DNA from: Arenicellales bacterium
GTDB taxonomy: Bacteria > Pseudomonadota > Gammaproteobacteria > Arenicellales > JAHEKD01
Direction of reading: 5' to 3'
NCBI GenBank assembly: GCA_028284225.1
Contig: JANQSD010000011.1
Coordinates: 196,333-260,332 of the forward strand
DNA: 64,000 nt
Below the pieces are notes generated by a model, which was not told where the DNA came from, searched no databases, and worked only from the letters and a program-made list of their open reading frames with translations. This document shows, in pieces, positions 62,953 through 64,000 of this stretch. Numbering within the stretch: position 1 is the first letter of the stretch; each line of letters begins with the position of its first letter. Position numbers and translations under genes: made by a program.

Positions 62953-63621
62953 TTGACAGTCAAATTTCGTATTTTATCTAGACTGATTAGCCTGATCATT
63001 CTAGCCTTACTCATATATTTATCAGTGAAGCTATTGGTCGAGATCAATCGACTTCAAGACTCTCTCGAGCAGATGAATTATTCGTCACAGCAAGCAAGTG
63101 TGGGTTCAAATAATGCGCAGCTTGAGAATTTGAAAATCGATAGCAAGGATTTTCAATTCTTATCGTGGGACTCAGAGATCAGTTATACGCTTGCATCGGC
63201 CAATTTATATTCAATCAGACATACTGATAATAAAGGTTTACAGCAAGCCCTTTTATCCGAGGCTCAAAATCTGCTGAACAAGGCTCAACACTTTTCTCCT
63301 TTAAATATCAATTCGGCTATTTCGAATTTATCGATATTGATCGATCAAGGTGCACCTTTGAATTATTTGTTACCAAAAATAGATAAGCTGATTGATTTAG
63401 TACCGAAAGATCAAGACTTAAAGGCAGATATAGCAAGGTTATGTTTTAAGTTAAGTGTCATCAATAATGATGCAATGAGTCAGGCTGAGATTATAGATAG
63501 ATTAAATAAACTGTTTATTTTCTCAATGGATTATCGCGGTATGACACAGGTGAATCGTTATGCAAGACTGTTTAATCAAAACGAGTTGCTTGCAAGGGTG
63601 AAAACCAATGTCCGCAATTGA
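62953..63621 (+). CDS. Hypothetical membrane-anchored helical protein in the EPS locus
   Basis: N-terminal TM helix, helical/TPR-like remainder. Confidence 0.6.
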   Translation: MTVKFRILSRLISLIILALLIYLSVKLLVEINRLQDSLEQMNYSSQQASVGSNNAQLENLKIDSKDFQFLSWDSEISYTLASANLYSIRHTDNKGLQQALLSEAQNLLNKAQHFSPLNINSAISNLSILIDQGAPLNYLLPKIDKLIDLVPKDQDLKADIARLCFKLSVINNDAMSQAEIIDRLNKLFIFSMDYRGMTQVNRYARLFNQNELLARVKTNVRN

Positions 63622-64000
63622 TTTAAAACGTCACGCGGCCTTGGACTATTTTTTGCTTTTGTTATTGTGCTTTTGCTTAATAGTATCACTGCTTCCATTT
63701 CATCTCATCTACAAAGAAAATATTTCTTTAATCTTTGCATTAATCACTGTCAGCTTATTCATCTTTTATGCCGGGCGATCTTGGCAGTCAGAGAACATAG
63801 ATCGTAGTTTCTTGATTAGTCGATTGTTGTTTGCATATTTGATTTATATATTGATTCAAATTATCCCTTTACCAACAGAATTAATGAGTCGAATTTCTGT
63901 TCCACGTTCGTTAATTTGGCAAGCAGGTGCATACGGACTCAAGGATTATGCAACATTAAGCCTGGATATCAGTGCGACGGTCTGGTCTGTGATTCTGTTA
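63608..64000 (+). CDS. O-antigen ligase/Wzy-family membrane protein, truncated by the window end
   Basis: Translated by hand: MSAIDLKRHAALDYFLLLLL...IQIIPLP...TLSLDISAT, open to base 64000. Confidence 0.65.
   Translation, partial: MSAIDLKRHAALDYFLLLLLCFCLIVSLLPFHLIYKENISLIFALITVSLFIFYAGRSWQSENIDRSFLISRLLFAYLIYILIQIIPLPTELMSRISVPRSLIWQAGAYGLKDYATLSLDISATVWSVILL

Overview
64 kb of a proteobacterial chromosome (probably a Gammaproteobacterium, by protein similarity), mostly core genes on the + strand. In order: the 3' part of a large secreted Ig-repeat protein; erpA-like gene; pheA-hisC-tyrA-aroA-cmk-rpsA-ihfB-lapA; an ~11 kb accessory block (signal-peptide-bearing SpvB/FG-GAP/RHS polymorphic toxin, a decayed IS982 element with a 7-bp target duplication, two small membrane proteins, a sulfatase); comEA; a long LPS/surface-glycan cluster (ugd, heptose kinase, hldD, epimerase, rmlB, rmlA, wzm/wzt, five glycosyltransferases, epimerase, WbpL- and WbpM-like genes); mtnP converging on mfd; ispD-ispF; smr, trxB, ftsK-lolA-rarA-crcB-serS; and the start of an exopolysaccharide export locus (Tat-signal unknown protein, beta-barrel, short OPX, Wzc, O-antigen-ligase-like gene). 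No rRNA, tRNA or CRISPR array was seen. The most unusual signals are non-coding. (1) An AT-rich orphan gene is enclosed by two inverted ~170-bp structured repeats with compensatory base changes, themselves nested in REP-like hairpins (47908-49038). (2) The arms of a ~150-bp palindromic element encode near-identical C-termini and the stop codons of both converging genes mtnP and mfd. (3) Several MITE-like elements are present, one sharing ends with the IS982 remnant. All family assignments come from motif recognition by eye, not database searches.
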